A program made the position numbers and the translations under genes. A DNA stretch of 64,000 bases from Perkinsus chesapeaki ATCC PRA-425 (lineage: Eukaryota; Protista; Perkinsozoa): positions 1 through 64,000 of the forward strand of contig JAAPAO010000024.1 of NCBI GenBank assembly GCA_013115145.1. Reading direction: 5' to 3'. Under the pieces are notes generated by a model. That model had not been told where the DNA came from and did not search any database. It saw only the letters and a list, made by a program, of their open reading frames with translations. Positions 24,130 through 35,842 of this stretch are shown here, one piece after another. How positions within the stretch are numbered: position 1 is the stretch's first letter; every line of letters begins with the position of its first letter.

Positions 24130-24889
24130 TTAGAAGAAATATCGATGACTGCTCTTGAAGGGGAACTTCTCCACTTGGCGTAATATAGCAAGACCATGCC
24201 CCACAGTCTGTTCGATCTTGGGATGGTGATCAGGATATCTGACAACCTTATATAAGTAAAGCAAGCTCCGACCTTGGATACCTTTCTAAAAGATCTTCAT
24301 AAGCCTTTGTAACCAATGCGCATTGTTCAGGCATATTTTCTATCTCTTCCATAGCAGCTGCTCCAGAGCCCATAACACCTATTGGAAGCTACCTGGCCGA
24401 GATGCTATGTACTTTACCTTCGGCTCGACTGGAGAGCTCCATAAGCTCGTTAATGTGATCTCTTACATCTTCACAAGCATACATACAATTCATCGTCTCA
24501 TGAAGGTTACGTATGATAGGTCCGATCTCTTCATCACATAGGTAGGGTTCGCACATGTGGTCAACCTAATCTTGATAGCCATGGCTGGAGCAGTGGCAGT
24601 GGCAATGAACTTACCTTTTCAAGTTCAGATTCCCAGAAAGGGACGTCTAAAACAAGATTGAGGCCATCTTCCCAGTTGGTGCCAAGCACCTAAGGCTTGG
24701 TAGTGTATTAAGGAAGCAGCAGCTTACCTGATAGTATAGACTAGAGGCTCTTTGAAGGACCTCGGCCCTGCTGAACCTATCAACAGTTAGCATCGAGAAA
24801 TAACGATGCTGAGTGGTAATAAGAGGCATGGTAAGCCTAGTAGGCACCATACGACGTGAAATGGTACGGCAGAGTAGACTAGAGGCCAT
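24130..24889 (-). CDS. Probable mitochondrion-targeted protein (multi-exon)
   Basis: Arg/Ser-rich, acid-free presequence MASSLLCRTISRRMVPTRL..HRYFS. Spliced body DVPFWESELEKVDHMCEPYLCDEEIG..CMYACEDVRDHINELMELSSRAE..YPDHHPKIEQTVGHGLAILRQVEKFPFKSSHRYFF*. Confidence 0.7.
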
Positions 24890-25081
24890 CGCCTTAAGTT
24901 GTACTACTAAAAAGGATAAATAGGATAATAAAGGCTTATCAAAGAGGAACCAGAAAGTAAGCCTAGCTAATACCGTTGCATAACGTATAGAGCGAATATA
25001 GGAACAACTTGTTGATTACCGTCACTGTTAATAATCTATATCCCTAAAGATTGCGCTGGTCGAAGATGACATACCGAAAAT

Positions 25082-25097
25082 GCAACTCGCGCGCGCC
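25082..25097. promoter_or_regulatory. Candidate motif GCAACTCGCGCGCGCC in a head-to-head intergenic region
   Basis: 15/16 identical to 6919-6934. Confidence 0.4.
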
Positions 25098-25328
25098 ACG
25101 GTAATCGATTTATTTTGCGAGCAAGCAACATGACAATACTGTGCACTTTCCTTGCCGATGGCTATATGATTGGACAAATCATAATAGTACTGTCATAACA
25201 AACACACTTGGATTGTAGTCTCATCGCCTACATGTTACGGCATTTGTTATAAGTACTTCAATAAAGCAATTGCTTTGGTACGAAGGTTATTGAATAGTTT
25301 TTCTTCTCTTTTCCCCTACGTCCTTAGC

Positions 25329-26869
25329 ATGGCCTCTCCGGAGTACTATGAAGTACAGGCTTTATTGGACGTACGAAAGATATCGGGGAGAAAAGAAGAG
25401 TAATATTATTAATAATATAGTCCGTTAATCATCCATAGGTTCCTGGTTAAATGGAAGAACTCTCGTGAGCTTACATGGGAGCCATCTGGCAATATTGGGA
25501 CAGGTCTTAACGATGTGAAGGAGGTAAAGACGATCTTAGGAGTTATATACAGCAGTACTTGCGTGCTTAGTCGTTGAGGCAAAAGAAGGAACGGTTTAGA
25601 GGTAGAAAGATAAATGACCCTGTTACTGGACCAAAGGGGATCGTACGAAAGGTATTTCGGAGGAGAAGTCCAAGCCGGTCTAGTTGTAAGTGATGGTTGA
25701 TGATGGTGTGGTAAGAGCTGTTGTGGATGCTGTTTAGCATCGGGTGATGACTATACATCGCATAGCGACTCGAGTGATGATGAGGATTTAAAGGAAGAGG
25801 ATCAACAGGCTGGGAATGAGCAGTTTGTTAAAAGGTCTTATGAAGATGATAAAATAAAGGTAGTAATAGGCAGTATAGGAATAATATACATGGATTATCA
25901 ACAATACATTGAAGAACAATCCTAAGGTGGTGGATAGATGTTAATATTTCATTAACCCAATTCTTATATGGGGGCGTGTATAGGAATATATGCAAGAGAC
26001 AGTATAATGTAGAGTAATACCAAGGTGTACGTATAGTGGTATTGGGCGCCAAATCACTATTAGAGAAGTTGGTGTTATATGTAGGGCTATCAACCAACAT
26101 CATCTGATACAGCTGCTCGTGATATGAATAACCGTTCTCTGCCGCCTCGACCAATACCAGTGGCAAGGTTTAGAGGAGGGCTATTTGGTAATATAGGAAA
26201 TGTCGGTATGAGCCGGTTAAAGTGCATGTATTGGCATTAGGTATGGTGGATGATATGAAACAAGGTGCTGTATTTAGAATAGCTAATACGGCAGGTGTAC
26301 GGTGCATGCCGGAGAATAAGCTTAATAAGCTGTTCATTGAATATCTTTATGGCACTGATGCTGAGTCAACACCTAATACTGGATTACAATACGAGCAGGC
26401 TGTGGTGGATATTATGTGGGATATGGCCGCCAATTTACAGGGCTTAGAGGAGAATACGGTATCAGAGCTTAAGGAATGTCTATTGAGATTGGCGAGGCAA
26501 TTGAGGCTTCAACCGGCGATGACGTCTAAGATGCTCCAAGATTGGTTTAATAGGCAGCACCATCTCCACGCCACAGGATCGCATTCGTATAACCTTATGA
26601 ACGTATCTACACTACGTGCTATATGCTCCTGGATGGCAACCTTGAAGGAAGAGGATACCAAAATAGAGGATTTTAGTGATGATGGTAGCGTAGGCAACAT
26701 CGATGTTGATGTGTTGATGATGAGTGGGGCAAAGGATGGTACTAGCCGGGTTGGGTGGAGGGTTATAGAGGTTGAAGTTGAAGGTTTAGTTGATATGGAA
26801 GAGGAGGCAGTAGAGGATGGAGATGATCCTATTGTGGCAGAGTTCAGGAAAGCTCAGAGCGAGATGTAA
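25329..26869 (+). CDS. N-terminal chromodomain protein (multi-exon)
   Basis: MASPEYYEVQALLDVRKISGRKE|FLVKWKNSRELTWEPSGNI, an acidic linker, and a long last exon (26222-26869). Confidence 0.75.
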
Positions 26870-27179
26870 TGACTGATAGCAGGGGGAGCGGTATGAAAAT
26901 ATAACAGTAATAGATATTAGTTCATAGTACTATACAGCGTAGTGGAATGGTGGGTTTGTAGCGCGCGGTATCATCTTCAATCGGGTGGTGAGGTTATTCG
27001 ATGATACAGATTAGTATAATGTATTGCAAAGGAACTAGTATGGAGGATTTAAAAGTCATCATCATCATCATTGGGGTTTAAAATACATTAGGGAGTATGT
27101 TTATAGAAAAGTATGTAGTGGAATGTTATATAAGGAAATAGGCTGTATATGATATGTAATATTATATCGATTCGTTCTA

Positions 27180-30100
27180 GGTTCGGTGACACAGAGGATA
27201 CTGATGAAGGTGATATATGTACACTAATACACCTGGTTTATGCTGATAAGAATCCTACCAAATTATCAGAAGTAATATATTATATAGGTTATAGTATTAT
27301 TATTATTATTACTACTTTAGATGCCTGGATTAATAGCTAAGTATTCGGCTACATTGAAAGCATTGTATGAAAGTATATGTAAAAAATATGACGTTGATTG
27401 TAATAAAGGGATGGGGAGATGGGAGGGGTGAATAAACCATGGTCAATGTGTATAGTTTATAGAGAGTGGCATTGCCTCGTCAAGATGCGAACATGAACTT
27501 GTGGGGGCATGACTAATAGGTGGCAGTTAGATGTCTGAACAACTTCTAATAGCAATTAGTTGGTCCCGCAAAGTTACTCAGAGTGTGGTGGTGTGGTATG
27601 ACTATAGTCTGTGCTAAGAAGGAATATCTTGTGGGGATCGTCATCTTTGGGTGGTCTTGGTTTTAGGTGCCGACTTTGCCACAAAGTCCAATATAAAGAA
27701 CTACAAGACAATGGAGGAGTTTGCTGCGTATTGCCTATCAAGTGTAGGAGTACAATAATTCAAAGGCTTATCCTGATACTCAGGCCCGCTCACTCTATGC
27801 CACATATAACCCGGCAAAGCTTGGAGAGATAGAGGAGATACTAGCTAAGAATGCTAATCAGGAGGCACAGGTGGTGGCGGCAATACGGGGGAAGTATGAT
27901 GAAGGGCAAGGCTGCAGGCCTGGTAGGGATAACCTTTTGAGAGGAATTATAAGGTAGTGCTGTAGGTACATATTATCCTCCAAGTTCACCAGAATATGGT
28001 ATAATGGAGCTTATTAGGGAGGTGCTGACTGTATATAATCCTGATATGTTAAGTAAGGTGTCGATATGAGGTATGGTGGGTTACTGCTGCTGTTAGGGTC
28101 CATTGAACATACTGTATACACTCAGTATCGGTCTAGGGAGCTGTATGTGTACTTGGCAGTGTGTGATAAGTATGGGGTAACAATAGATGAAGAAAGACTG
28201 GTAGTGTCGGATGCCGGGATCGAACCTGCGTGGATCAATGGGATGGAATTTAGGCAAGTGTTGTTGATACATATCGGGAGAGGCAAAAGACTCAAAGACA
28301 AGAGCAAGTCTTTAATGTTGTCAAGGAGATATATAAGACCTATAATCGAGGCAAAGTGAAGGATGTACGTTAAGGAAACGCAAGATTCGGCAAGATTGCA
28401 AGATGTCCGACTATTCAGATCCATCGGTTAGTGAGCAAGTTCTCTCGGTCTGCCTCGTCCGAGTTGGAGCTAATACAGTCGGTATGTAATAAATTCAAAG
28501 TGCCATTGCATGTAAAGGTGGATATCATATGTAAGGACGAGGGACGCAGGTTCGAACCCCGGCGAGGGTATTTTAAATAATGTCAGCCCGTATGCTTGAT
28601 CCTGGTGCATTGGATGTGACTTGGCATAGTAAGTTCCAGAAGGTTATTGAGAAGAGTGAGCTGGCTATGCATGTAATAGTTGTATAATAGAGGGATTGGG
28701 TTATAGAGGATGCGTAGGTGTGGGGGTTAATAGAGATGGAGATGTCCAGTAATATGGACTCACATTTGGTATCGCAACCACCACCACGACTGAGTGGTGA
28801 GGATGCAGCTATGCTGACACTTGATAGACTCTCTGGAGAGGAGCAATGGATGACGGCGGAAATGTTGGTAGGAAAAGGTCGTGAGTTCGATCCCTGGGTA
28901 GGGCATTTATTCAGATAAGAGGAAAAGGTGGTATGATGAATAATGAGGTTATTATGAGAGACCTGCTTGATCAGAAGGGTAAGCCTTCCCCCTTTCCCCC
29001 TCATCCGGTAGTATCCTTTCAGTTCACGAGCTTGGCATTAATAAGCACCCATCACAGCTGCGATACCGCATAACACAGCAGGAGGCTGAGAGTGTTGAAT
29101 GGGATGCGTTCTGGGTGGCTGAGGCGCCACGTCTTAGCTGCACACTTTCTGTAATAGTGTCTGCTTCTGTTGTGGTAGGCTATATACTCCTCGTTCAGAT
29201 GAACTCAGTGGCTCCACCTGTTCCCTCTGCAGTTGGATATAGACCACAGAGGTTATGGCTAAGTCTGCAGGATATATTGCAATGGATACATCATATACGA
29301 CAACAGTATCAAGTCGCAGCAGACGAATTAGCTCAGAGCGTATTGCAGAAGGGCGGCGCAGAGGACGGTCCGGTAGTACCCGGGTCCGATCCCTGCACCT
29401 GACGTTTTAACCGCAATTCGTAGGTCGTCCAGCCCCCACTAACAGCCAAGAGGGAGCAGCCGACACAGCCGTTGCTCTCTTGTAATGTTGCCCTGGTTAG
29501 CCCCAAGCTGGCTGTGTTCGCCGGCGACTATAGGACATTGATCATTGATGAGTGAGAGGACCCTGGTTCAATCCCCGGTGGTGGCATTTTAGTTTCTTAG
29601 GTATCCTGAGTGCAGCCTTTATCGTCAGCAGAACCATGTATGGTTTTTACCAGAGGGAAGTCGAAGGACCGAAATAATCGACAAGGTAATAGCTTTAGAG
29701 GTGTTGGAAGCTTCAATGGTGAGTTTCAGCTTCGAGCCACCTGTGCAGCATGGCCTAGATGGCTGAGGCATGGGGGAGCTGTTGTAATTGATGTGGATAG
29801 GGTACACTTTATAGGAGGACTTAGAAGGAAGGCTATGTAATAAAGGGAAGGATAAGAAGGGTAGGGTATATCATTATATATAATGTACTGGTATTACTGT
29901 AGCATATCGTAATAATATACCTTATTAATAGCCTGGATACAATACACATTAATACGGTATAATAATTAACACAGTAATTATATAGTATGTATAGAGATGT
30001 GAGGTGGGTATAAAGGGGAACTAACAATACCTTGCTTTAAGAAGATACCTGATTGATTTATAACAGCGTTTAATAGATTATATGTAGGTACCGTGAGGGT

Positions 30101-33100
30101 ATAAAGCAGATAACAAAGCTAATAGGGGAAGAGGCAGGAGGCTCAGGTGGGCTGCTTATTAGAGAGGCCCTGTCTCGGTGGTGTAGAGTATAGTGTTCAG
30201 TCCGTATTCCACGCTATATGTTATCATTGCCGTTGGGAGCACTACAGCCACAGTTGCAGGAACTGGTATCTGATTATGATGATCATGAGAGCCAGGATGA
30301 CTATGGGGAAAGCGATCCTGAGGTTAGGAGGAGAAATGCGGGACGTGAGGTTCGAACCTGCGTGGTTGCTGCAGGTCCCAACAGAGCTTATTAGACCACT
30401 GAGGTTATCTAGGCAACAGATGAGGGATGCCTACATACAGGGAGCACTATGTCTTAACTGTGATGATATAACACATAAACCGGCCGACTGTGGAGTGAGG
30501 CGGAAGGTAGCTACTACCTTCGATCACTGGGGCTGCTGTTGTGGTGGTGATGCTAAGTGGCTGCTTAGGTGTGTTGGAACTGTCATGGTGCTCATCAGGG
30601 CCATACCTGTACAACGAGATGCAGGTAGGTGGAGGATAGATGGCTAGGTGGGGGGCATTGATGGGTGTGGTAGATTCTGCCAGTGTAACCACAGTGCATT
30701 TGTGCTGTTGGAGTGTGTTAAGAGGGGAGGAAGAAGGGCGCAGGAGTGGGCTAAGAACAGGCATTATCAGGAACAATTCCAGCTTAATAGAACGTAATGA
30801 AGGGAGGAGATAGTCACGCGCCATAAAATTATGTGTAGGTATCTTGACGTTGAAACCGCTATTAATAATGCGGAGGCGGCTGGGAAGAGGGAATGGAGTG
30901 ATGAGATAGTTGAGATGGTTCGGATATTGTAGGTCGATGAGTTGATGGAAATGTGGTATTAATAAATCCGAAGGTATAATGCTGGGCAATGGCTGCCTAA
31001 TGATTGGAAGGAGCATTTTGAAAGGCTTCTGTCTGATACTGGCAAGGGTGAGGATAGTGGGCCTGCTGCTGCTGTGTCGGCCGCCGCCGACCAGGTAGGG
31101 TTGTTATATTGGATAGTAGTATAGGTTAATGTTAGGCATCTGTTGCTGATAATGATACTGGCTCATCTGGACCAGTGAAGCCGGTAATGTGGACGGTTTG
31201 GGATAGGGTTAAGGAGGCCTCACTTTGATGACTTTGAGTGGCATTGTTATTATTAAGCTAGATATTCATAGATGCAGTAGTTGAAATACTCGACACCTAT
31301 TTAAACCTAAACTATCATAGGGCAGGATCATATAAATGAGTCCCTTCTCTCCGTTGTTCGAAATAAATGGGATAGAGTCTCGATATCATTTTCCTTTGTC
31401 ATAGAGAGAATTTGGGTATTTGATTTACTGTACTGCTGCTGCTGCAGATATTGCCGATAAAGCCACCACCACTGCTACCGGACCAGAAGTATAAATGGAT
31501 AGAAAGGATATTCCTGGATGATCTGTTGGGCGCTGGGATGCTGGGGAGAGATGCTGTACGAGCTATTGTGGGGGCTAGAGGTAATAGTAGTAGATAGTAG
31601 GAGGTAGGGGAGAGGTGGGGCAGGTCAGAATCACAAGGAGATGGAATCGGCGACACAGAGTAGGATATACTTCAGAGGGATGGGCATGAAGGATTCCAGT
31701 ATTGGTAATAGGGCTAGTGGGCTGAGGTGTGGTGCAGGTAGGCTGTGGTAGGTGGGGGAGCTGATGAGATACCTGATCTAAGCCATTTCGATACCGAGGC
31801 ACGGATACATGTCTTGGTTAAATGTAATATAATAGTATGAGTGTATTGAAGGATATTATTATTAATAGGTGATCAGCCGCAACAGGCTAAGGCAGTTAGG
31901 TCAATGTTGATAAGGATAATACGTAGCATTGAGACAGACCACCAAGGACAAGGTCATGGGTAGGGTTAGGGTGGTAATGTACGGTATTGAGGTATCTTAT
32001 GTGTAGCGTATAGAAAAGAAATATAATATTTTATTTTGCGATAAGCGCGTATGTAGGATATGAAAATGTTCATGGGTATTTCGCTCTAAGATGATGGTAT
32101 CATCCCATTGGGATGGTGAGTTGGTTTTAAGTATATTAGATTGCTCTATAGGAGTACTATTGACGATGATCCATAATGGTTAATATTATTAAGTCAGTAG
32201 AGCTCCGAGCTTAGCTTGGGCAAATAGCCCTAGTGTCAGTAGTACAACAGCAGTACCCTATTAACATTAAATGACTTATGATAGCGAAGGCTCTTCACAC
32301 ATGACCCCACAGCATGCCACCTTCCGTACAGACCTGGTTATGCCCGATGTAGGTCCTTACCACCATTGTGTGATGCATTCCATTGGCTGCTTGACAGCTC
32401 TAGATATCAGAGTGGTATGGGTAAAAGAGAGGATATGGATAGATACTCTGGTGGGGCTGATGATGCAGCTAGACCTGTAAGCAGTATGATGGCAGGAGGG
32501 TGGGGATAGGGTTATTGTTAGTTGCCTGGTGGAGGAGTACAAGGATTGGAGATAACATTAGGAGATAATCGAGATAATGAGGTTAATGCATTGCAGCACT
32601 GGCTGCATGCACAGGGCATTGAGGCTAAGGTAGGGGATGGCTGGTAGGGGAAGGGTATAATGTTTGGTGCTGTTGTTGGCAGACTGATTCTAATCTTACA
32701 CGTATATTAATACCATCGACACGTAAGATAGAGGCATCAGTTGCTTTGAAGGAAAAAGAACAACCACAAGAATTTGATAATAAAGTGGATGAAAAGAAAC
32801 AAATTATAAGTAGGTTATTAACTCACCTGTTTAGTATCTTCACGGTTGAAGCTTAGATTCCCCAGCTGTTCGGCATGCAGTGTATTCTGCCTTATTCCAG
32901 CTATTTTCCTTATGGCCTGCTCAACCTCCAGCTGTCAGTGGAGTGTAAGTAGTATGAATACTAAAGCCTACCGTAGAATCAACTATTGTATCGTTCAATA
33001 GTCTTTTATATAGCACCCACCACCGCCACCATCGTTGTTTATAATAATAGCAGCCTTACACCATTAATACCTTTTATTACGCGTTTGCATCATCGCAGGC

Positions 33101-35547
33101 ATTATATGATTACTATTATACCTGATCTGGTTTAGGTACTGGTTTGAGCCATGGCAGCTTGAACCGATTGGTCTTATTGGTCGCATAAGAGCCACCGCAC
33201 CAGTTGATGAGCCCATTGAAGGTAATAGCTTTGTATGTAGATGTGTTGCAGTATTGCTGCTATTAGTAGATGATCGATTCTGGATGGATGTTGGCCAAAG
33301 GTGTCGGTTGTCATTAAAGGGTGCTGAGGAGGTGGCTACACTGCTAGAGGCCATGGAGGAGCTACCTGATAATGTTGATAAGGAGATGTGTGTTGAGGTA
33401 AGCTCTGTGGGGTGGTGTCTACTTATCATCTCTTATATTGCCCACTTCAGATTCTGAGGAGCTTTGTGGGGTCAGTACAGTGTGCTGCTAAAGACCATCG
33501 ATTGCTATTGTAATGATATGATGATGAAGTAGGGTATGTTAGTAATGTGTATGGGGTTAGGTATCTGCGGTATCCATGGGCCATGGTACATACCACTGGT
33601 GATGATGAGTTGACTGCACTTAATCTATTCCCTAGGAATGTATCAACACATCTTATTAATAAGGAAATAAGGGAGACTGGAAGGCTAGGTAGGCAAGTAT
33701 GTTGAGGGATGAAGGAAAAGAGGAGGCTTATGTAGGGACAAATGCTGGGGATGTCACTGCGCTAAAGACAAATATTAAAAAGCAAAGTGTCAAGAGCGGG
33801 GATCGACCCGGGGACCACCTGCTTGAAAGGCTATCGCCTGATAGAGTGCCGGAGATGGAACCACCGTAGGGGGGTATCTTAGGTCGGTTTTGGTCATATG
33901 TGTACAGTTACATTGGATATTCTGTTGAATGGCTACTACCCGATGATGTGTTATTGCATACCGCAGCAACAGCAGCAGCGGCAGGGCATGCAGGTAAGGG
34001 ATGATTAGAGGAAGGAACGGTATGAGTTATTTTGGTGCAGCTGCAGCTACTAATGAGCAATGTGATGACGAGGTCGAGGCTATATCTGTTCAGAGGTAGA
34101 GTAACTACTTAGGAAGTTATCACCAATCCCGCTCAGGCCAACACAGCCGGCAGCTGCAGGTCGATCGCCGAGCCCAGCGGAGCCAAAGCCACCAACTGCT
34201 ATAAAGGGAGAGATTGGACAGGATGCTGTCATAGTGGATGATAACGCCTCAGATGTGGTTAGTTGAATGATAGAGGAGATTGTAGAGGACATTCCTGTCT
34301 CCTCAGACACAAAGTCAACGTGATGCTTTTATGGCCATGCCTGTTACAGAGCTACGTGATAGGCTACGTGCACAGGGACTACCGGTAATGAAGAGGTAAC
34401 TGATATAATAAAAACACTGTGCATTAGGTAACTGGACGGAAGACCGATTTAGTCGATCGTTTATTGAAGAAGCCAGTGACATCAACAGCTGGAGCTGCTG
34501 CAAAGAAGGGGGCTCAGGGCCCAGCCATGTAGGGGGACGCCTCGTCGTTGATGTATAGTCATTACTGCTCAGTTATAAATGCCGAGTGGAGCTACCTGTA
34601 CAACTTATGGGCTGGCATGAGCTTCGGAATAACCTCTGCGGTGATCGTAATGCTCACTTCGATCATGTCCACTCACAGTGCCCTGGTACAAAGCTGACAC
34701 TGGCTGGCAGTCAGAGTGCGGTAGGCCTATTATGTGATACTAGTTGAGGAAGGAGCGGTATGAGCAGGCACTGCAGGGATCGGCTAGGCTACATGTATTG
34801 GTTACAACCAATGGCTTAGAGGCTGACTATAAAAGAGCAAAGGATCTTGTCGTCGACCTAGCTAAGGCTGTTGCAGAGGTACATTTGCTCTATATAGTGT
34901 GATGATTATGTTACTATTATTTAGCACGGTGCGGAGGTTATGCTAGGGGACCTGTCACCAACCCAACTGCAGAGTATATTGGCTGAGGTAGGGATGGGCA
35001 TATTATAGATCTTATGGGAGTAATATTACAGGTTAAAATAGTGGAGCTCACCACATCGGCAGCTCCAGCAGCATCTAAGGCATCAGGAGGGGAAGGGGGT
35101 GAAGGAGGCAGCAGTGCATCGGGACAAGGTACAGTGGAGTGGTAGGTGGATAGGCTACGTGGGCACTGTCGTCAGGTGGTGGAGCTGGTGCCTCCTCGGC
35201 ATTTAATAGGCTATTTGGGGCACTTCAAGCGGCAGCAGCAAAGGGCAATCAAACTGCTACTACTGGAGGGCCTCCCCCTCCATCATCAACTGGTGATCCT
35301 AGTGGCCGACAAGCTGCATCTTATGAGGACCTGTAGTCCCATACCACTACTACCTTCTACTACTGTTTCAACGTTACCATCTTTAATAGCATCATCCTTG
35401 AGTTTTTGTCACCATTGGCCACAGCAGAAGGGTTCAGGTTGCGGCTTGGTAATCGCTTATATAAATATACTTGGCCATCTTGACACTAGTGCCTTTCGGA
35501 GATATGTGTCCCCATTAGGGGGTCGCATGTGGCATAGACGAAGATAA
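27180..35547 (+). CDS. Large, highly fragmented hypothetical gene (possibly more than one) with three YNPxKL...KY helical repeats and a CCHC zinc knuckle
   Basis: Exons spliced by hand: LYATYNPAKLGEIEEILAKN..RGKY; VLTVYNPDMLSK..VCDKY; IYKTYNRGKVKDIHRLVSKF..VCNKF; CLNCDDITHKPADC (about 30447-30488). Ends and gene number are uncertain. Confidence 0.55.
28205..28233 (-). pseudogene. tRNA 3'-half fragment inside intron 28201-28253
   Basis: Minus strand CCACGCAGG-TTCGATC-CCGGC-ATCCGAC-A. Removing the 53-nt GT..AG intron joins EERL to ASVVDTY..KTYNRGKVKD in frame. Confidence 0.7.
28541..28574 (+). pseudogene. tRNA 3'-half fragment plus TTTT inside intron 28531-28586
   Basis: GGGAC-GCAGG-TTCGAAC-CCCGG-CGAGGGT-A-TTTT. 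Of the candidate donors, the phase-1 GTAAGG keeps the next exon open. Confidence 0.72.
28876..28908 (+). pseudogene. tRNA 3'-half fragment (Met-like 5' part) inside intron 28868-28914
   Basis: AGGTC-GTGAG-TTCGATC-CCTGG-GTAGGGC-A-TTT. The unspliced frame stops at 28916; the spliced frame reads EML-IRGKGGMMNNEV. Confidence 0.75.
29379..29408 (+). pseudogene. tRNA 3'-half fragment (Ser-like end) inside intron 29373-29423
   Basis: CCCGGG-TCCGATC-CCTGC-ACCTGAC-G-TTTT. Confidence 0.62.
29556..29590 (+). pseudogene. tRNA 3'-half fragment (Phe-like) inside intron 29552-29600
   Basis: GAGGAC-CCTGG-TTCAATC-CCCGG-TGGTGGC-A-TTTT. An in-frame TGA at 29553 requires splicing here. Confidence 0.75.
30334..30365 (-). 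pseudogene. tRNA 3'-half fragment inside probable intron 30323-30374
   Basis: Minus strand CCACGCAGG-TTCGAAC-CTCAC-GTCCCGC-A-TTT. Splicing gives DDYGESDPE-VPTELIRP. Confidence 0.65.
33788..33829 (-). pseudogene. Weaker tRNA 3'-half fragment, possible intron 33787-33829
   Basis: Minus strand TTTCAAGCAGGTGGTC-CCCGG-GTCGATC-CCCGC-TCTTGAC-A. An unspliced exon reading is also possible. Confidence 0.45.
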
Positions 35548-35842
35548 TGTAGAGCCACGTACCTGAGCAACGGAGTCTCGATGAAATCTTGAGGATGTCT
35601 TATAGGCCTCTACACCGTGTTTGGACAGGCGGACGAAATAGCCACATAGAGATGTATTCTTTGGGGCTAGAAAATTCTACCCAATGCAGGTGAGATGCAA
35701 AGTAAATTTTGATAGCAAATGTTCCTCGAACGAAAGAGGATGGCAAATGCATTCCTCCGAAGTGTAACACAGGATCGTCCTGAATGACTCCGGAATAGCC
35801 CAGCATATTTGTTTACACCACAAAGGTAGTTTGATAGATTGT

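Noticed and set aside
29830-30100. Possible micro-exons of 4-9 nt
   Set aside because: Several splice solutions fit equally well; not resolvable without transcripts.
28201-30374. EPAW as a protein repeat (DAGIEPAW at 28211, DVRFEPAW at 30343)
   Set aside because: It is the translation of antisense tRNA T-arms. Removing 28201-28253 is needed to reach the next in-frame repeat. The case at 30323-30374 is less certain.
34145-34175. GCAGGTCGATCGCCGAGCCCAGCG as another T-arm fragment
   Set aside because: Poor T-loop, no T-run, and it reads as a plausible exon (AAAGRSPSPAEPKP).
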